From an uncultured virus (IMG/VR IMGVR_UViG_3300027793_000086) (Duplodnaviria > Heunggongvirae > Uroviricota > Caudoviricetes), in IMG/VR virus record IMGVR_UViG_3300027793_000086: a stretch of DNA of 64,000 nucleotides; one strand, 5' to 3'. The translations under genes and the position numbers were made by a program. Every line of letters starts with the position of its first letter. The first letter of the stretch is position 1. Below are positions 15,883 through 24,788 of this stretch, piece by piece. The notes under the pieces are model-generated. The model had not been told where the DNA came from. It saw only the letters and a program-made list of their open reading frames with translations, and ran no database searches.

Positions 15883-16287
15883 ATGAATATCGGATTCACT
15901 GAACGTGACGTGCATAACGCTGAGCGTTACGTCGATGCCCTGGCTAAGTCCGGGGCGCAGTATGCCCGCATGGGTAAGGTGTCCGTGGAGACGCTGGAGC
16001 AGGAGCGTGACACGCTGGAGATCGGTGGCGCATACATCATGCAGCACGAAGGCCAGACCACGGGGCTGGTGCCCCGCCCGTGCATCAAGTACTCGGTGCA
16101 GATTCCCTACACCACGCACGGTGGGTACTGGGAACCCGACGAGACGGACTACCACGAGATTGCTACGACGGACTCACTGTTCGAAGCAATCCTCAATCTA
16201 TATTTACAGTTAGCGGATCAGTATTGTCGTGACGTGGCAATGGCTACCGCGTATGAATTGGACAACGAAGCTCTGGAGGAAGTATGA
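15883..16287 (+). CDS. Hypothetical protein
   Basis: 134 aa, RBS GAGGAGG. Confidence 0.75.
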   Translation: MNIGFTERDVHNAERYVDALAKSGAQYARMGKVSVETLEQERDTLEIGGAYIMQHEGQTTGLVPRPCIKYSVQIPYTTHGGYWEPDETDYHEIATTDSLFEAILNLYLQLADQYCRDVAMATAYELDNEALEEV

Positions 16288-16553
16288 ACAAGACACAACT
16301 GGCGCAAGCCTTCGTCGCAGGGCAGCAGGGCCGCTGCCATAACGCAGCAACGGACGGGCAGGCATACACCCTGCACGCGTCACCGATCGCCGTCAAAGAG
16401 GGCGACAACGTGGTGTTCCACTGGCACGGGTACTACACCCATTCAACTGCATCGCATATGAACTTCATCCTCAAGGCTCTGGGTGCACCGGTACGTGCAT
16501 CCTTCGCTCAAGCCCGTGACACAGGGCAGACTCACTTCGTGGTGGCGGTATGA
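16284..16553 (+). CDS. Hypothetical protein
   Basis: 89 aa, ATGA coupling. Confidence 0.7.
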   Translation: MNKTQLAQAFVAGQQGRCHNAATDGQAYTLHASPIAVKEGDNVVFHWHGYYTHSTASHMNFILKALGAPVRASFAQARDTGQTHFVVAV

Positions 16554-16714
16554 AATACGTTTGGATTGTGTGGTCTTCCGACTCGGAAAAACCCTGGATC
16601 GAGCACGTATGTACTGACAAGGTGCTGGCTGAATCGATCCTGCGTCATCTGAAAGACACCGACGATGGTTGTGGGTACATCTACTGGATACAAGAAAAGG
16701 AGATCACGGTATGA
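16550..16714 (+). CDS. 54-aa hypothetical protein
   Basis: Not in the ORF track; MKYVWIVWSS...YWIQEKEITV, ATGA overlaps at both ends. Confidence 0.6.
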   Translation: MKYVWIVWSSDSEKPWIEHVCTDKVLAESILRHLKDTDDGCGYIYWIQEKEITV

Positions 16715-16914
16715 ACTGCATCCACTGCGATGACGACATTGACCCGCGCCGTGCGGCCCTGGGCTACAAGCTCTGCTTGTTCTGCGGCGAGGAGGCTGCC
16801 CGTGAGGAGCGCAAGGGATGGACCATCGTCCCGATGCACAAGAGCAATTACGTCCTGCTGGTGGACCGAAGGGACCTGCCGGGAATCGGTAACAAAGGGG
16901 GATTACATCGATGA
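16711..16914 (+). CDS. C4 zinc-finger protein (DksA/TraR-like finger)
   Basis: CIHCDDDIDPRR...CLFC pattern; RBS AAGGAG. Confidence 0.6.
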   Translation: MNCIHCDDDIDPRRAALGYKLCLFCGEEAAREERKGWTIVPMHKSNYVLLVDRRDLPGIGNKGGLHR

Positions 16915-17090
16915 ACACCGAACCCATGTCCCTACACGAGGCACTGCGCGTGGCGCTGTCCGAGATCTACGCAACGCTGGACACCTTCGAACTGATGGAC
17001 CCCGAAGAGCAGAAGGCCATGTGGATCAACCCACCCGATGCCCTGCGGGAAGCTGCGCGGATCATCGACATACACATGAGAGAGGTATGA
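16911..17090 (+). CDS. 59-aa hypothetical protein
   Basis: Not in the ORF track; MNTEPMSLHEALRVALSEI..., ATGA coupling. Confidence 0.6.
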   Translation: MNTEPMSLHEALRVALSEIYATLDTFELMDPEEQKAMWINPPDALREAARIIDIHMREV

Positions 17091-17094
17091 GGAA

Positions 17095-17352
17095 ATGATT
17101 GTCAACGGTACACAACTGCGACGCGCTCTGCTTACTGGACCGACGCCAACGTGGCGGGCAGGGATGAACACTGCACTGCACATCATCCGCAGTAACAGCG
17201 CTGTCATAGACGATACCTGGGTGGTGGACGACACTGCGTGGAGTAAGGCTATGAACATTCTGTCCCGCTTGCCAAGTGGCGGGCGCTGGGTATGGAAAGC
17301 AAGAGAGCAACTGTTCTGGGCGCTTGACCGCGCAACGAAAGGAACATCATGA
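17095..17352 (+). CDS. Hypothetical protein
   Basis: 85 aa in the coupled early gene array. Confidence 0.6.
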   Translation: MIVNGTQLRRALLTGPTPTWRAGMNTALHIIRSNSAVIDDTWVVDDTAWSKAMNILSRLPSGGRWVWKAREQLFWALDRATKGTS

Positions 17353-17582
17353 AAGTCAACATCGAAGTAACCGACACCTTCAACGGTGAAGCTAACTACG
17401 GGTGGGTGCGTAGATACATCCTCGACGTGCCGATGGCACTGTCGGACTACAGCGTAGTGCGCCGAGTGAAGCATCACATCGGCTGGAACGGTAAACGCTG
17501 CACTACCGTTAAGTATGGTGATATGATAGAATTGAGACCTTACGGTGAATGCACAGTGTGCTTCATCACCTTTGGTGAGTGA
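17349..17582 (+). CDS. Hypothetical protein
   Basis: IEVTDTFNGEANYGWVRR motif seen in small phage proteins. Confidence 0.7.
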   Translation: MKVNIEVTDTFNGEANYGWVRRYILDVPMALSDYSVVRRVKHHIGWNGKRCTTVKYGDMIELRPYGECTVCFITFGE

Positions 17583-17629
17583 GTGAGTGGGTGGCCGCTG
17601 CCCTCCAGCGGTATGTCAATTGAGGAGTA

Positions 17630-18100
17630 ATGCAAATGTTTGATCTGAACCAAATCCTGTCCGCCGCCCTGAACGCTGCTGTTGCCGAGGCTGTCGCTCC
17701 GCTGCTGGAGCGGATCACTGCGCTTGAAGAGGGCTGCGTGGGTATTGACCAGCGTCTGCTGGAGCAGCGTGTTGCTTTGCTTGAGACCAAGCTGACCGAG
17801 GCCAAGCTCTTTGAGCAGACCACCAACGTCACGATCCCCATCGACGAGGCCAAGATGGTCGAGGCACTCAACTCTCAGGAATGGTTCTGGGAGAAGCTGC
17901 GCCGTACCACCGACGCGCAGATCGAGCAGGCAATGGACAACCACCTTGAGACCTACAACCACGACGACTACGACAACGTCGTCAGCAACTGGAACGACGA
18001 AGACCCGGCTGACTTCCTGCGTGAAAGCGAGCTGCATGACCAGATCGACGACCGTGTCAACGAGACGCTGCGTAACGCCACGTTCAGCATCAGCATCTAA
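17630..18100 (+). CDS. Hypothetical acidic coiled-coil protein
   Basis: 156 aa, RBS GAGGAG, biased codons. Confidence 0.75.
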   Translation: MQMFDLNQILSAALNAAVAEAVAPLLERITALEEGCVGIDQRLLEQRVALLETKLTEAKLFEQTTNVTIPIDEAKMVEALNSQEWFWEKLRRTTDAQIEQAMDNHLETYNHDDYDNVVSNWNDEDPADFLRESELHDQIDDRVNETLRNATFSISI

Positions 18101-18107
18101 ACCAACC

Positions 18108-18126
18108 GCCCCGAGAGGGGCTTTTC
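18108..18126 (+). terminator. Probable intrinsic terminator
   Basis: GCCCC-GAGA-GGGGC-TTTT. Confidence 0.55.
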
Positions 18127-18138
18127 AAGGAGAGAGTC

Positions 18139-19152
18139 ATGACGATATCAATCGCTACCGCTGCCATGCTCGGCAGCATCAACATCTCCGTGTGGGAAGC
18201 ACGGAAGCAGGACAAGAAGACTGCCGACGAGGTGACGCAGGCCAAGGGTGCCCGATCGAAACGCGCCGCTACGGTGCACAAGCACCTGTTCAGTGAGTGC
18301 CCTGCCCTTGAGGCCATCAAGTCCCTGCGTGGCGAGGTGCGGGCATGGTTCAACACCCAGACCCTGCCCTGGGATGACAACGGACGCAGGCTCATCACCA
18401 CCGCCCAGTACCTCAACGTGATGGGGCAGGCTGCCAAGTACGAGCAGCGGTTCAACGACCTGATTCAGGTCTTCCTGCGAACCTACTCCACGGAGATCAG
18501 CAAGCAGGCTTTCGAGATGGGTGCGCTGTTCGACCGTGCCGAGTACCCGCCCGAGTCTGAGGTGGCTGCCAAGTTCCGCTTTTCTTTTGCCATCGAGCCC
18601 GTGCCTGAGTCGGGGGACTTCCGCGTGGACATCGGTGCTGCCGCTGCCGCTGACCTGAAGGATCAGTATGACAAGGCGCTGCAGGCCCGCGTAGCCACTG
18701 CCGTGGCCGACGCATGGGATAGGGTACGTGATCAGGTGAATTGGATTCGTGACCGGATGGCTGCCGTGCTGGAGCATGACCCCGACGCCGTGGAGGAAAT
18801 AATCCATCGCGGCCCCGTCAAAGTCGGCACCGAGGAAGTGCCGGAATACGATGACGATGGTAATGTCGTGGGCACAACGACGCGGGACATCACGCAGGAG
18901 GGTGTGGTGTCAGTCGAGATCAAGAAGAAGCGCCGCCCGAAGCTGTACGACAGCATGCTGGAGCAAGGCCTTGAGTTGTGCACTCTGCTCACGTCACTGA
19001 ATGTGACAGGCGATCCGAAGCTGGAGCAGGCCCGTGTGGCGCTGGAGACGGCGCTGTCCCGTGTCGACATGGACAGCCTTAAAACCACTCCCGAACTTCA
19101 GAACCATCTGAAGAACAAAATGGACGAAATTCTTTCTGAATTCTCGTTGTGA
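18139..19152 (+). CDS. DUF3150-like protein accompanying the AAA+/vWA module
   Basis: 337 aa, SVWEARKQDK...TLPWDDNGRRL...FDRAEYP...PVP.SGDFR. Confidence 0.65.
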   Translation: MTISIATAAMLGSINISVWEARKQDKKTADEVTQAKGARSKRAATVHKHLFSECPALEAIKSLRGEVRAWFNTQTLPWDDNGRRLITTAQYLNVMGQAAKYEQRFNDLIQVFLRTYSTEISKQAFEMGALFDRAEYPPESEVAAKFRFSFAIEPVPESGDFRVDIGAAAAADLKDQYDKALQARVATAVADAWDRVRDQVNWIRDRMAAVLEHDPDAVEEIIHRGPVKVGTEEVPEYDDDGNVVGTTTRDITQEGVVSVEIKKKRRPKLYDSMLEQGLELCTLLTSLNVTGDPKLEQARVALETALSRVDMDSLKTTPELQNHLKNKMDEILSEFSL

Positions 19153-19182
19153 GTAATTAAACCGGTTTAATTGGAGGTAGAT

Positions 19183-20235
19183 ATGAAACTCAGCATCAAT
19201 CAATGTGCCAACGCCGTGGCTAACCTTGCCACGCACACCACCGTCCTGATCGAGGGTCCCTCGGGCACAGGCAAGTCCAGCATCCTGCATACCCTTGCGG
19301 AGCGTTTCCCAGACCATCGTCCGGTGTACATCGACTGCACGCAGATCGACGTGGGTGACATTCAGATCCCTGCCGTGAACCATGCGACGAAGACCAGTAC
19401 CTTCTACCCCAACGAGGTGTTTGGTACGCAGAGCGACGAGGCACGCATCATCTGCCTGGATGAGTTCGGTAAGGCGTCTCGCTCTGTGCAGAACGCTCTT
19501 CTGCCTGTGCTGCTCGATCGGCGTGTCGGGCACCGCCCGCTGCCGCAGGGGTCGATTGTCTTCGGTACTACGAACCTCTCATCCGAGGGCGTGGGTGATG
19601 CGATGCAGATGCACGTCCGCAACCGTATGTCTGTCATCACGATGCGTAAGCCGACCGCCCCTGAGTGGGTCGAGTGGGGTGTAGCCAATGGGATACACCA
19701 CGCAGTGCTGGCATGGGTAACCGACACGCCGCAGGTGCTGGCTGAGGAGGACACGGTGCAGACCCCTGCCGAGAACCCGTACATCCACCACCGTGGTGAG
19801 CAGCGCAAAGCGTTCGTGACCCCTCGCTCCCTGGCTGCGGCTGGCCGCATGCTGAATGACCGCGATGCGGTGGGTGACGACGATGTGATGCGCTGTGCCC
19901 TGGCCGGTGCACTGGGTGCCCGTGCGGCGCTGGACCTGATGGCGTATGTGGAGTTGGCAGATGGGCTGCCGTCGTGGGGCTCGATCATCGGTGCGCCTGA
20001 CAAGGCCAAGCTGCCTGCCACGCCGACGACCAACATGATGACTGTGCACCGCGCCGTGCACCGGGTCGAGAAGGACACGCTCGACAACGTGCTGACCTAC
20101 ATGCAGCGCCTGCCCAAGGAGTTGCAGGCTGTGTTCGCTACCAACCTGCTGCGCCAGAAGCACAAGTCAGCGTGGACTGCACTGAACCGTGCGTTCACTC
20201 AATGGTGTGTTACTAACTCTTGGATCTTGAGGTAA
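19183..20235 (+). CDS. MoxR-like AAA+ ATPase
   Basis: Walker A GPSGTGKS, Walker B ICLDE, TTN sensor, NR arginine finger, TPRS; start ATG 19183 behind GGAGG. Confidence 0.88.
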   Translation: MKLSINQCANAVANLATHTTVLIEGPSGTGKSSILHTLAERFPDHRPVYIDCTQIDVGDIQIPAVNHATKTSTFYPNEVFGTQSDEARIICLDEFGKASRSVQNALLPVLLDRRVGHRPLPQGSIVFGTTNLSSEGVGDAMQMHVRNRMSVITMRKPTAPEWVEWGVANGIHHAVLAWVTDTPQVLAEEDTVQTPAENPYIHHRGEQRKAFVTPRSLAAAGRMLNDRDAVGDDDVMRCALAGALGARAALDLMAYVELADGLPSWGSIIGAPDKAKLPATPTTNMMTVHRAVHRVEKDTLDNVLTYMQRLPKELQAVFATNLLRQKHKSAWTALNRAFTQWCVTNSWILR

Positions 20236-20237
20236 TC

Positions 20238-20453
20238 ATGAACAACCGACATTTCTTTGCCGCGTCTTTCTGTACGTGGAAAGTTGACACTGACATCGAG
20301 CGGTTGATCCGCTTCATGAAGAAGGAGAAGTACCCCTTCAGTCTGTATCTCGTGCCTGTCGGCATGGACATGGACTACGACATCGAGTCCTTCAAGCCTA
20401 TGGTCGAGGGCACTGTGTTCCTCACCACTATCCACCCGAAGGAGAAGAAATGA
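20238..20453 (+). CDS. Hypothetical protein
   Basis: 71 aa, RBS GAGG. Confidence 0.65.
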   Translation: MNNRHFFAASFCTWKVDTDIERLIRFMKKEKYPFSLYLVPVGMDMDYDIESFKPMVEGTVFLTTIHPKEKK

Positions 20454-20575
20454 CAACCGAACAGCCAATCACCTGCCCGTACTGCGGACGTGATCTGGAA
20501 GACGGAGAACTTGTTACTGGACTTTGTACCAGTGATGACTGCCCGCGACATGATGACCCACTGGAGGTGGTATGA
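20450..20575 (+). CDS. 41-aa Zn-finger protein
   Basis: Not in the ORF track; CPYC...CTSDDC; ATGA coupling at both ends. Confidence 0.55.
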   Translation: MTTEQPITCPYCGRDLEDGELVTGLCTSDDCPRHDDPLEVV

Positions 20576-21771
20576 ACGCAGAAGACAAAATCACCAAGGC
20601 ACGCACTGCTATCATGCGTGATCCGCGTTTCATGGCTATGAGCGGTGTGCTCATGGTCGGCACCTGGGAGGTACGTGATGACGTGCCAACTGCCGGGACC
20701 AATGGCCGGGACGTGGTGTATGGCCGTGCGTTCATCAACGACGCTGACGACAAGCTGACCCGCTTTGTTGTGCTGCACGAGTATTTCCACGTGATGCTTA
20801 TGCACATGACTGTGTGGCAGAAGATGTTTGAGGAGGACCCGCAGACTGCCAACTTCGCAGCGGACGCAGTGATCAACCTGATGCTGCATGACCTCGACCC
20901 ACGGGGAGACTTCCTCACGGTCTGGGAAAACGCTGTGCTCGACCAGCAGTACCGAGGCATGGACACGGGTGAGATCTACCGTGCCATGAAGAAGCAGGGG
21001 CAGCAACAGCAGCAGCAGCCCAAGGGTGCCAACGGCAAGGGGGCCAAGCAGTTCGACAAGCACGAGCCTGCCAGCCCGGGGCCTGAGGGTGACGGTGAGG
21101 GTATGCAGCCGCTGACGGCTGGCGAAGCCGAGGAGGTTCGCAAGACTGTGGACAGCGCCCTGCGTCAGGGTGCGCTCATCGCTGGGAAGATCGGTGCCGA
21201 TGTGAGCCGTGCGTTCGGTGATCTGCTGGAGCCGCAGGTTGATTGGGCTGAGCAGTTGCGTGAGTGGCTGCGTACCACGGCAGCGGGTAACGATCTGTCC
21301 ACGTGGCGCAAGCCGTCGAGGCGGTGGCTGGCTCAGGATACCTACATGCCCTCGCGTTACACCGAGGCAGTGCGTAGGGTAACCATCGGTGTGGATACGT
21401 CAGGGTCCATCAGTCAGGTGCAGCTTCAGCGTGCGCTGACCGAGATCATGTGTGCCTGTGAGACGGTGCGCCCTGAGATCGTGGACGTTATCTACTGGGA
21501 CTCTCGTGTGGCAGCACATGAGGTGTACGAGGGTGAGGCTGTGCAGACGCTGGCACAGACGACCAAGCCCAAGGGTGGTGGAGGCACTCGCGTCACTTCG
21601 ATGCGTGAGTACATGGAGCGTGAGGACATCAAGCCCGAAGCGACTATCGTGTTCACCGATGGCTACGTCGAGCCCGACTGGGGTGGGCAGTGGCCGGGGC
21701 CGGTGCTGTGGGCAATCAGCACCAAGGGTATGAGAGCACCTTCGGGTGTGTCGTTGTACGTCCCTGTTTGA
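20572..21771 (+). CDS. DUF2201-type HExxH metallopeptidase + vWA domain protein
   Basis: PTAGTNG, LHEYFHV, N.AAD..IN; vWA MIDAS DTSGS, GGGT, FTDG. Confidence 0.85.
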   Translation: MNAEDKITKARTAIMRDPRFMAMSGVLMVGTWEVRDDVPTAGTNGRDVVYGRAFINDADDKLTRFVVLHEYFHVMLMHMTVWQKMFEEDPQTANFAADAVINLMLHDLDPRGDFLTVWENAVLDQQYRGMDTGEIYRAMKKQGQQQQQQPKGANGKGAKQFDKHEPASPGPEGDGEGMQPLTAGEAEEVRKTVDSALRQGALIAGKIGADVSRAFGDLLEPQVDWAEQLREWLRTTAAGNDLSTWRKPSRRWLAQDTYMPSRYTEAVRRVTIGVDTSGSISQVQLQRALTEIMCACETVRPEIVDVIYWDSRVAAHEVYEGEAVQTLAQTTKPKGGGGTRVTSMREYMEREDIKPEATIVFTDGYVEPDWGGQWPGPVLWAISTKGMRAPSGVSLYVPV

Positions 21772-21816
21772 GGGACCGGATGTCGCCCCGCAGCGCGACA
21801 TTTTATGGAGGCCAAC

Positions 21817-22122
21817 ATGGCAACGAAGAAACCTGAGTTTGATTTGGTACTGCTGTCTGGGTTGGGACACCGGCAATACGCCGTGCCCAAAGATGCGGCA
21901 ATGGCAATCTTTGAGTTGTTCGCAGGGCACGATGTGTACGAGATCGACAACGAGTGGGTCGGGGGGTCTATCGGTAGTCGCAAGCTGGCAAAACTTGTCT
22001 GCGCTGATCAGAACCCACAGATCTCCACGCTCGGTGCAGTTCAGTTTCACCAGATGCTGGAGAACCAACGCATGAGAGAGGAAGAAGAGGAAGCCAAGCG
22101 GAAAGCCAAAACCAATGATTGA
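21817..22122 (+). CDS. Hypothetical protein
   Basis: MATKKPEF..., RBS GGAGG. Confidence 0.7.
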   Translation: MATKKPEFDLVLLSGLGHRQYAVPKDAAMAIFELFAGHDVYEIDNEWVGGSIGSRKLAKLVCADQNPQISTLGAVQFHQMLENQRMREEEEEAKRKAKTND

Positions 22123-22366
22123 TCGGCAGCGCAACCTCAGCACAACGTACAGGTTCACCGACGTGGGGGGCCTGTATGAAGTCACGCTGTACCCCAAGGC
22201 ACCGACGCCTATCGTGACCGAGCGGTATCGTCTGGACATGCTGCCTGCATGGGTACAAGAGGCCATCCACCTACTAGACTGGGCGCACCCTGAGGAGGTG
22301 CGGGATGTGGGCAGGAAGGTCGGGCAGACGTACTGGATCGATGCAAAACTTGAAGAACCCGCTTGA
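22115..22366 (+). CDS. Hypothetical protein
   Basis: 83 aa, LPAWVQE...DVGRKVG..YW. Confidence 0.7.
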   Translation: MIDRQRNLSTTYRFTDVGGLYEVTLYPKAPTPIVTERYRLDMLPAWVQEAIHLLDWAHPEEVRDVGRKVGQTYWIDAKLEEPA

Positions 22367-22391
22367 CACGCTGCATGGCAGCGATTAGAGT
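22363..22391 (+). promoter_or_regulatory. sigma70 promoter with palindromic spacer
   Basis: TTGACA-17 nt-TAGAGT; the spacer contains CGCTGC-ATG-GCAGCG. Confidence 0.65.
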
Positions 22392-22485
22392 CAAGTTTCA
22401 AACGGAGTGGCCGTCAACCGCAAGCACCAATCGGTGCAGATCTGCTTCTCGCTGCCACTCAGCGGGAGCCGAAGAAGGAAAACAA

Positions 22486-22728
22486 ATGAGCTTTGAAATC
22501 GAATCTGATGTGCCGATGGTGTCGAACCGCCGTGGGCGTAAGGCTGTTGAGTTCCCATTTGGTGAGATGGACGTGGGCGATAGCTTTCTGGTGCCCTGCG
22601 ATGTGGCTGCCAAGAACGAACTGAGCAACTGGCGTCGCAAGATTGCGATTGCCAAGAAGGCTTTCGGCAAGGGCACGTTCGCTACCGCAACCGTGGGTGA
22701 TGGCATTCGTGTCTGGCGCACCGCTTAA
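22486..22728 (+). CDS. Small putative DNA-binding protein (FPF.EM.VGDSF / GIRVWR family)
   Basis: 80 aa; own promoter and terminator; similar to 36948-37166. Confidence 0.75.
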   Translation: MSFEIESDVPMVSNRRGRKAVEFPFGEMDVGDSFLVPCDVAAKNELSNWRRKIAIAKKAFGKGTFATATVGDGIRVWRTA

Positions 22729-22749
22729 CCACGGTTAACTCCGCACTCA

Positions 22750-22778
22750 ACGCTCTGCTTAGGCAGGGCGTTTTTGTT
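22750..22778 (+). terminator. Intrinsic terminator
   Basis: AACGCTCTGC-TTAG-GCAGGGCGTT followed by TTTGTT. Confidence 0.75.
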
Positions 22779-22804
22779 GCCCGTTTACTTTTGAGGAGAG
22801 CGCA

Positions 22805-23620
22805 ATGACACCGAATATCCTTGAAGGGATGAAGAAACCATTTGGCATCGATAAGCCCACGGACTTCATGTGGTTTGATTTGGGAGACCACAACACGCTG
22901 TCTAATGAAGAATACGACGCGTTAGCACATATAGACAGACCATTTTCCGCAGACCCAAAAGATCTGTACATGCCGTTTGAGCGCATGGCCTTTGTTAGAA
23001 AGAATGACGATGCCTGTTTGGTAGCTACGATAAAGCGAGTGCCGGATAACAAATTGGAGGCTGTCTTACGCAGTTCTTCAGGAGATGTTATGCGTTTGAC
23101 GCATAACCCAAGTAAAACGGACAGGCCAATAGATCTAAACCTAACCGCAAGTGCCTTAGAATTCGCTAAGGAAGAAGGTATGGAAACAAACGGCGATGTC
23201 TTGACCTTCCATTGGGTAGCGATGTTGCAGGACCTGTATTTGGCTTGTATCCAACCAAGCGTGCTGCACAAAGAAACGATCAGAGCATACGAAGCTAGAC
23301 CTGCGGCGAACAACGAGAAGCGCATACGCAAAGGCAAACGCCCGCTGTTTGAGTGGAAGGTCATTGAAGTCACGGCGACGGTGGTGCAGGACACAGCGCC
23401 AACAGGTAGAACACACGCAAGCCCACGCTTGCACAGTCGCAGGGGGCATTTCAGAACCTATGCGTCAGGTAAGCGCGTGTGGGTACGTCAGACGATGGTC
23501 GGGCGTATCGAGTTTGGCTACATCCATCACAGTTACAACCTCAAAGGAGAAGCACATGAGCACCAAAGATTTAGTCCGTCACGCCCGGGAGCTATGGAAC
23601 TCCCCACTGGTCCCGCCTGA
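22805..23620 (+). CDS. Hypothetical protein with C-terminal SPR.H.RRGH.R..GK.VWV motif
   Basis: 271 aa, lower GC; the motif recurs in phage proteins of unknown function. Confidence 0.7.
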   Translation: MTPNILEGMKKPFGIDKPTDFMWFDLGDHNTLSNEEYDALAHIDRPFSADPKDLYMPFERMAFVRKNDDACLVATIKRVPDNKLEAVLRSSSGDVMRLTHNPSKTDRPIDLNLTASALEFAKEEGMETNGDVLTFHWVAMLQDLYLACIQPSVLHKETIRAYEARPAANNEKRIRKGKRPLFEWKVIEVTATVVQDTAPTGRTHASPRLHSRRGHFRTYASGKRVWVRQTMVGRIEFGYIHHSYNLKGEAHEHQRFSPSRPGAMELPTGPA

Positions 23621-23714
23621 GATCAATCGGCACAATCGTAAAGCCTGGGTTCGCAGCGTCCTGCGCCTGGGTGACCGTTGGTTGCTGGCAAGCAAAGTCA
23701 GGAGGATTCAATGA
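23556..23714 (+). CDS. 52-aa hypothetical protein
   Basis: MSTKDLVRHARELW...LGDRWLLA; RBS AAGGAG. Confidence 0.65.
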   Translation: MSTKDLVRHARELWNSPLVPPEINRHNRKAWVRSVLRLGDRWLLASKVRRIQ

Positions 23715-23914
23715 ACAAGTTACCCCAAGGCTGCGACCAGCAAGGCCGCTACCCCGAGGCAGCGGAAGCCGCCACAGACGTAGGCCAGGAAGAGGAGCCG
23801 AACTTCTACAGCAGTCAGATGATGTTGGAGGAAGTTGGCAAGTTTGCCCTCGGTGTCGTAGTTGTCGGCGCTGCTGTAGTTGTTGTTGCGTACCTTGCAG
23901 GGAGGTATTTATGA
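23711..23914 (+). CDS. Small membrane protein
   Basis: C-terminal hydrophobic helix FALGVVVVGAAVVVVAYLAG. Confidence 0.65.
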   Translation: MNKLPQGCDQQGRYPEAAEAATDVGQEEEPNFYSSQMMLEEVGKFALGVVVVGAAVVVVAYLAGRYL

Positions 23915-24126
23915 AACTCGTTGTGAACCCCGTCAAGATTGAGATCTATGACGAAGAGATGCACGGCCATGTTGTAGCTACGGTTGAAGCTGTGGACGGC
24001 ATCGTTGCCCGCGTGGAGATTAAACAGGTAGTCGGCTGGAACGACTGGCTCGACCTGACCGACGCTGTGCGTAAAGCTATGCACATGATGGGTATGCAGC
24101 ACGAAGTGCAGGGGGAGGAGAAATGA
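23911..24126 (+). CDS. Hypothetical protein
   Basis: MKLVVNPVKIEIY..., RBS GGAGG. Confidence 0.65.
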   Translation: MKLVVNPVKIEIYDEEMHGHVVATVEAVDGIVARVEIKQVVGWNDWLDLTDAVRKAMHMMGMQHEVQGEEK

Positions 24127-24392
24127 ACCGCGACGACATCATCAAACTGGCGCGGGAGGCTGGGATTGATTCAATGCCAGCCGATTACACCTATCGCAGT
24201 TCGTACTACGCCGGAACATCAGATGAGATTGAACGCTTCGCCGCCCTTGTCGCCGCTGCCGAGCGCGAGGCCTGCGCGAAGGTGTGTGACCAGAAAGTTG
24301 ATGCCGAATACGCCACGGGGAAGGTTGACCACAACGAGATGGGATGGACGCAGGCTTGCGCTATTGCCATCCGCGCAAGGGGGAACACATGA
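24123..24392 (+). CDS. Hypothetical protein (MNRDDII..AREAG / EREACAK family)
   Basis: Recognisable small-phage-gene motif; ATGA coupling. Confidence 0.7.
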   Translation: MNRDDIIKLAREAGIDSMPADYTYRSSYYAGTSDEIERFAALVAAAEREACAKVCDQKVDAEYATGKVDHNEMGWTQACAIAIRARGNT

Positions 24393-24610
24393 CCGTCAAA
24401 CTAAACAACGACCGTTCCGTTGCGGTTGACCAGACTTACTTCTGGCAGCCGTTACATACCTGCCCGCTGTCGGCCAAAGTCCAGTTGCTGACCGCAGGTG
24501 GCGTTGCTGTTTACGGCCAATACCAACCCGGTATTGGCGGTTACGTTGGCTGGGCACCGCTGCCCAAGAAACCGGAGTGGATGGAAGGGAGCACACCACA
24601 TGGGTATTAA
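24389..24610 (+). CDS. Hypothetical protein
   Basis: W.P..TCP...KVQLL..GGVA..G..WAPLP. Confidence 0.65.
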   Translation: MTVKLNNDRSVAVDQTYFWQPLHTCPLSAKVQLLTAGGVAVYGQYQPGIGGYVGWAPLPKKPEWMEGSTPHGY

Positions 24611-24788
24611 ACCTAAGACCCGCGTCATCCTTGAGGATGCCATCGACCGTGGGATTGAACGCGGCTTGCGCCGTGCGTATAAACACACCGATACCCCGAG
24701 TCAGCACGAGATCATTGAACAAATCAAAAACGCAGTTTGGGGTGATATCCACGAAGTGTTTGAGTTTGAGGAGAACAGCCATGACTGA
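24600..24788 (+). CDS. Hypothetical protein
   Basis: MGIKPKTRVILEDAI..RRAYKHTD.P. Confidence 0.6.
   Translation: MGIKPKTRVILEDAIDRGIERGLRRAYKHTDTPSQHEIIEQIKNAVWGDIHEVFEFEENSHD

Noticed and set aside
21780..21802. Hairpin ATGTCGC..GCGACAT faintly resembling a CRISPR repeat
   Set aside because: Single copy, no repeat 3' handle, no array or cas genes; I saw no CRISPR array anywhere in the window
21400..22401. 333-aa minus-strand ORF
   Set aside because: Lies antisense to three convincing plus-strand genes
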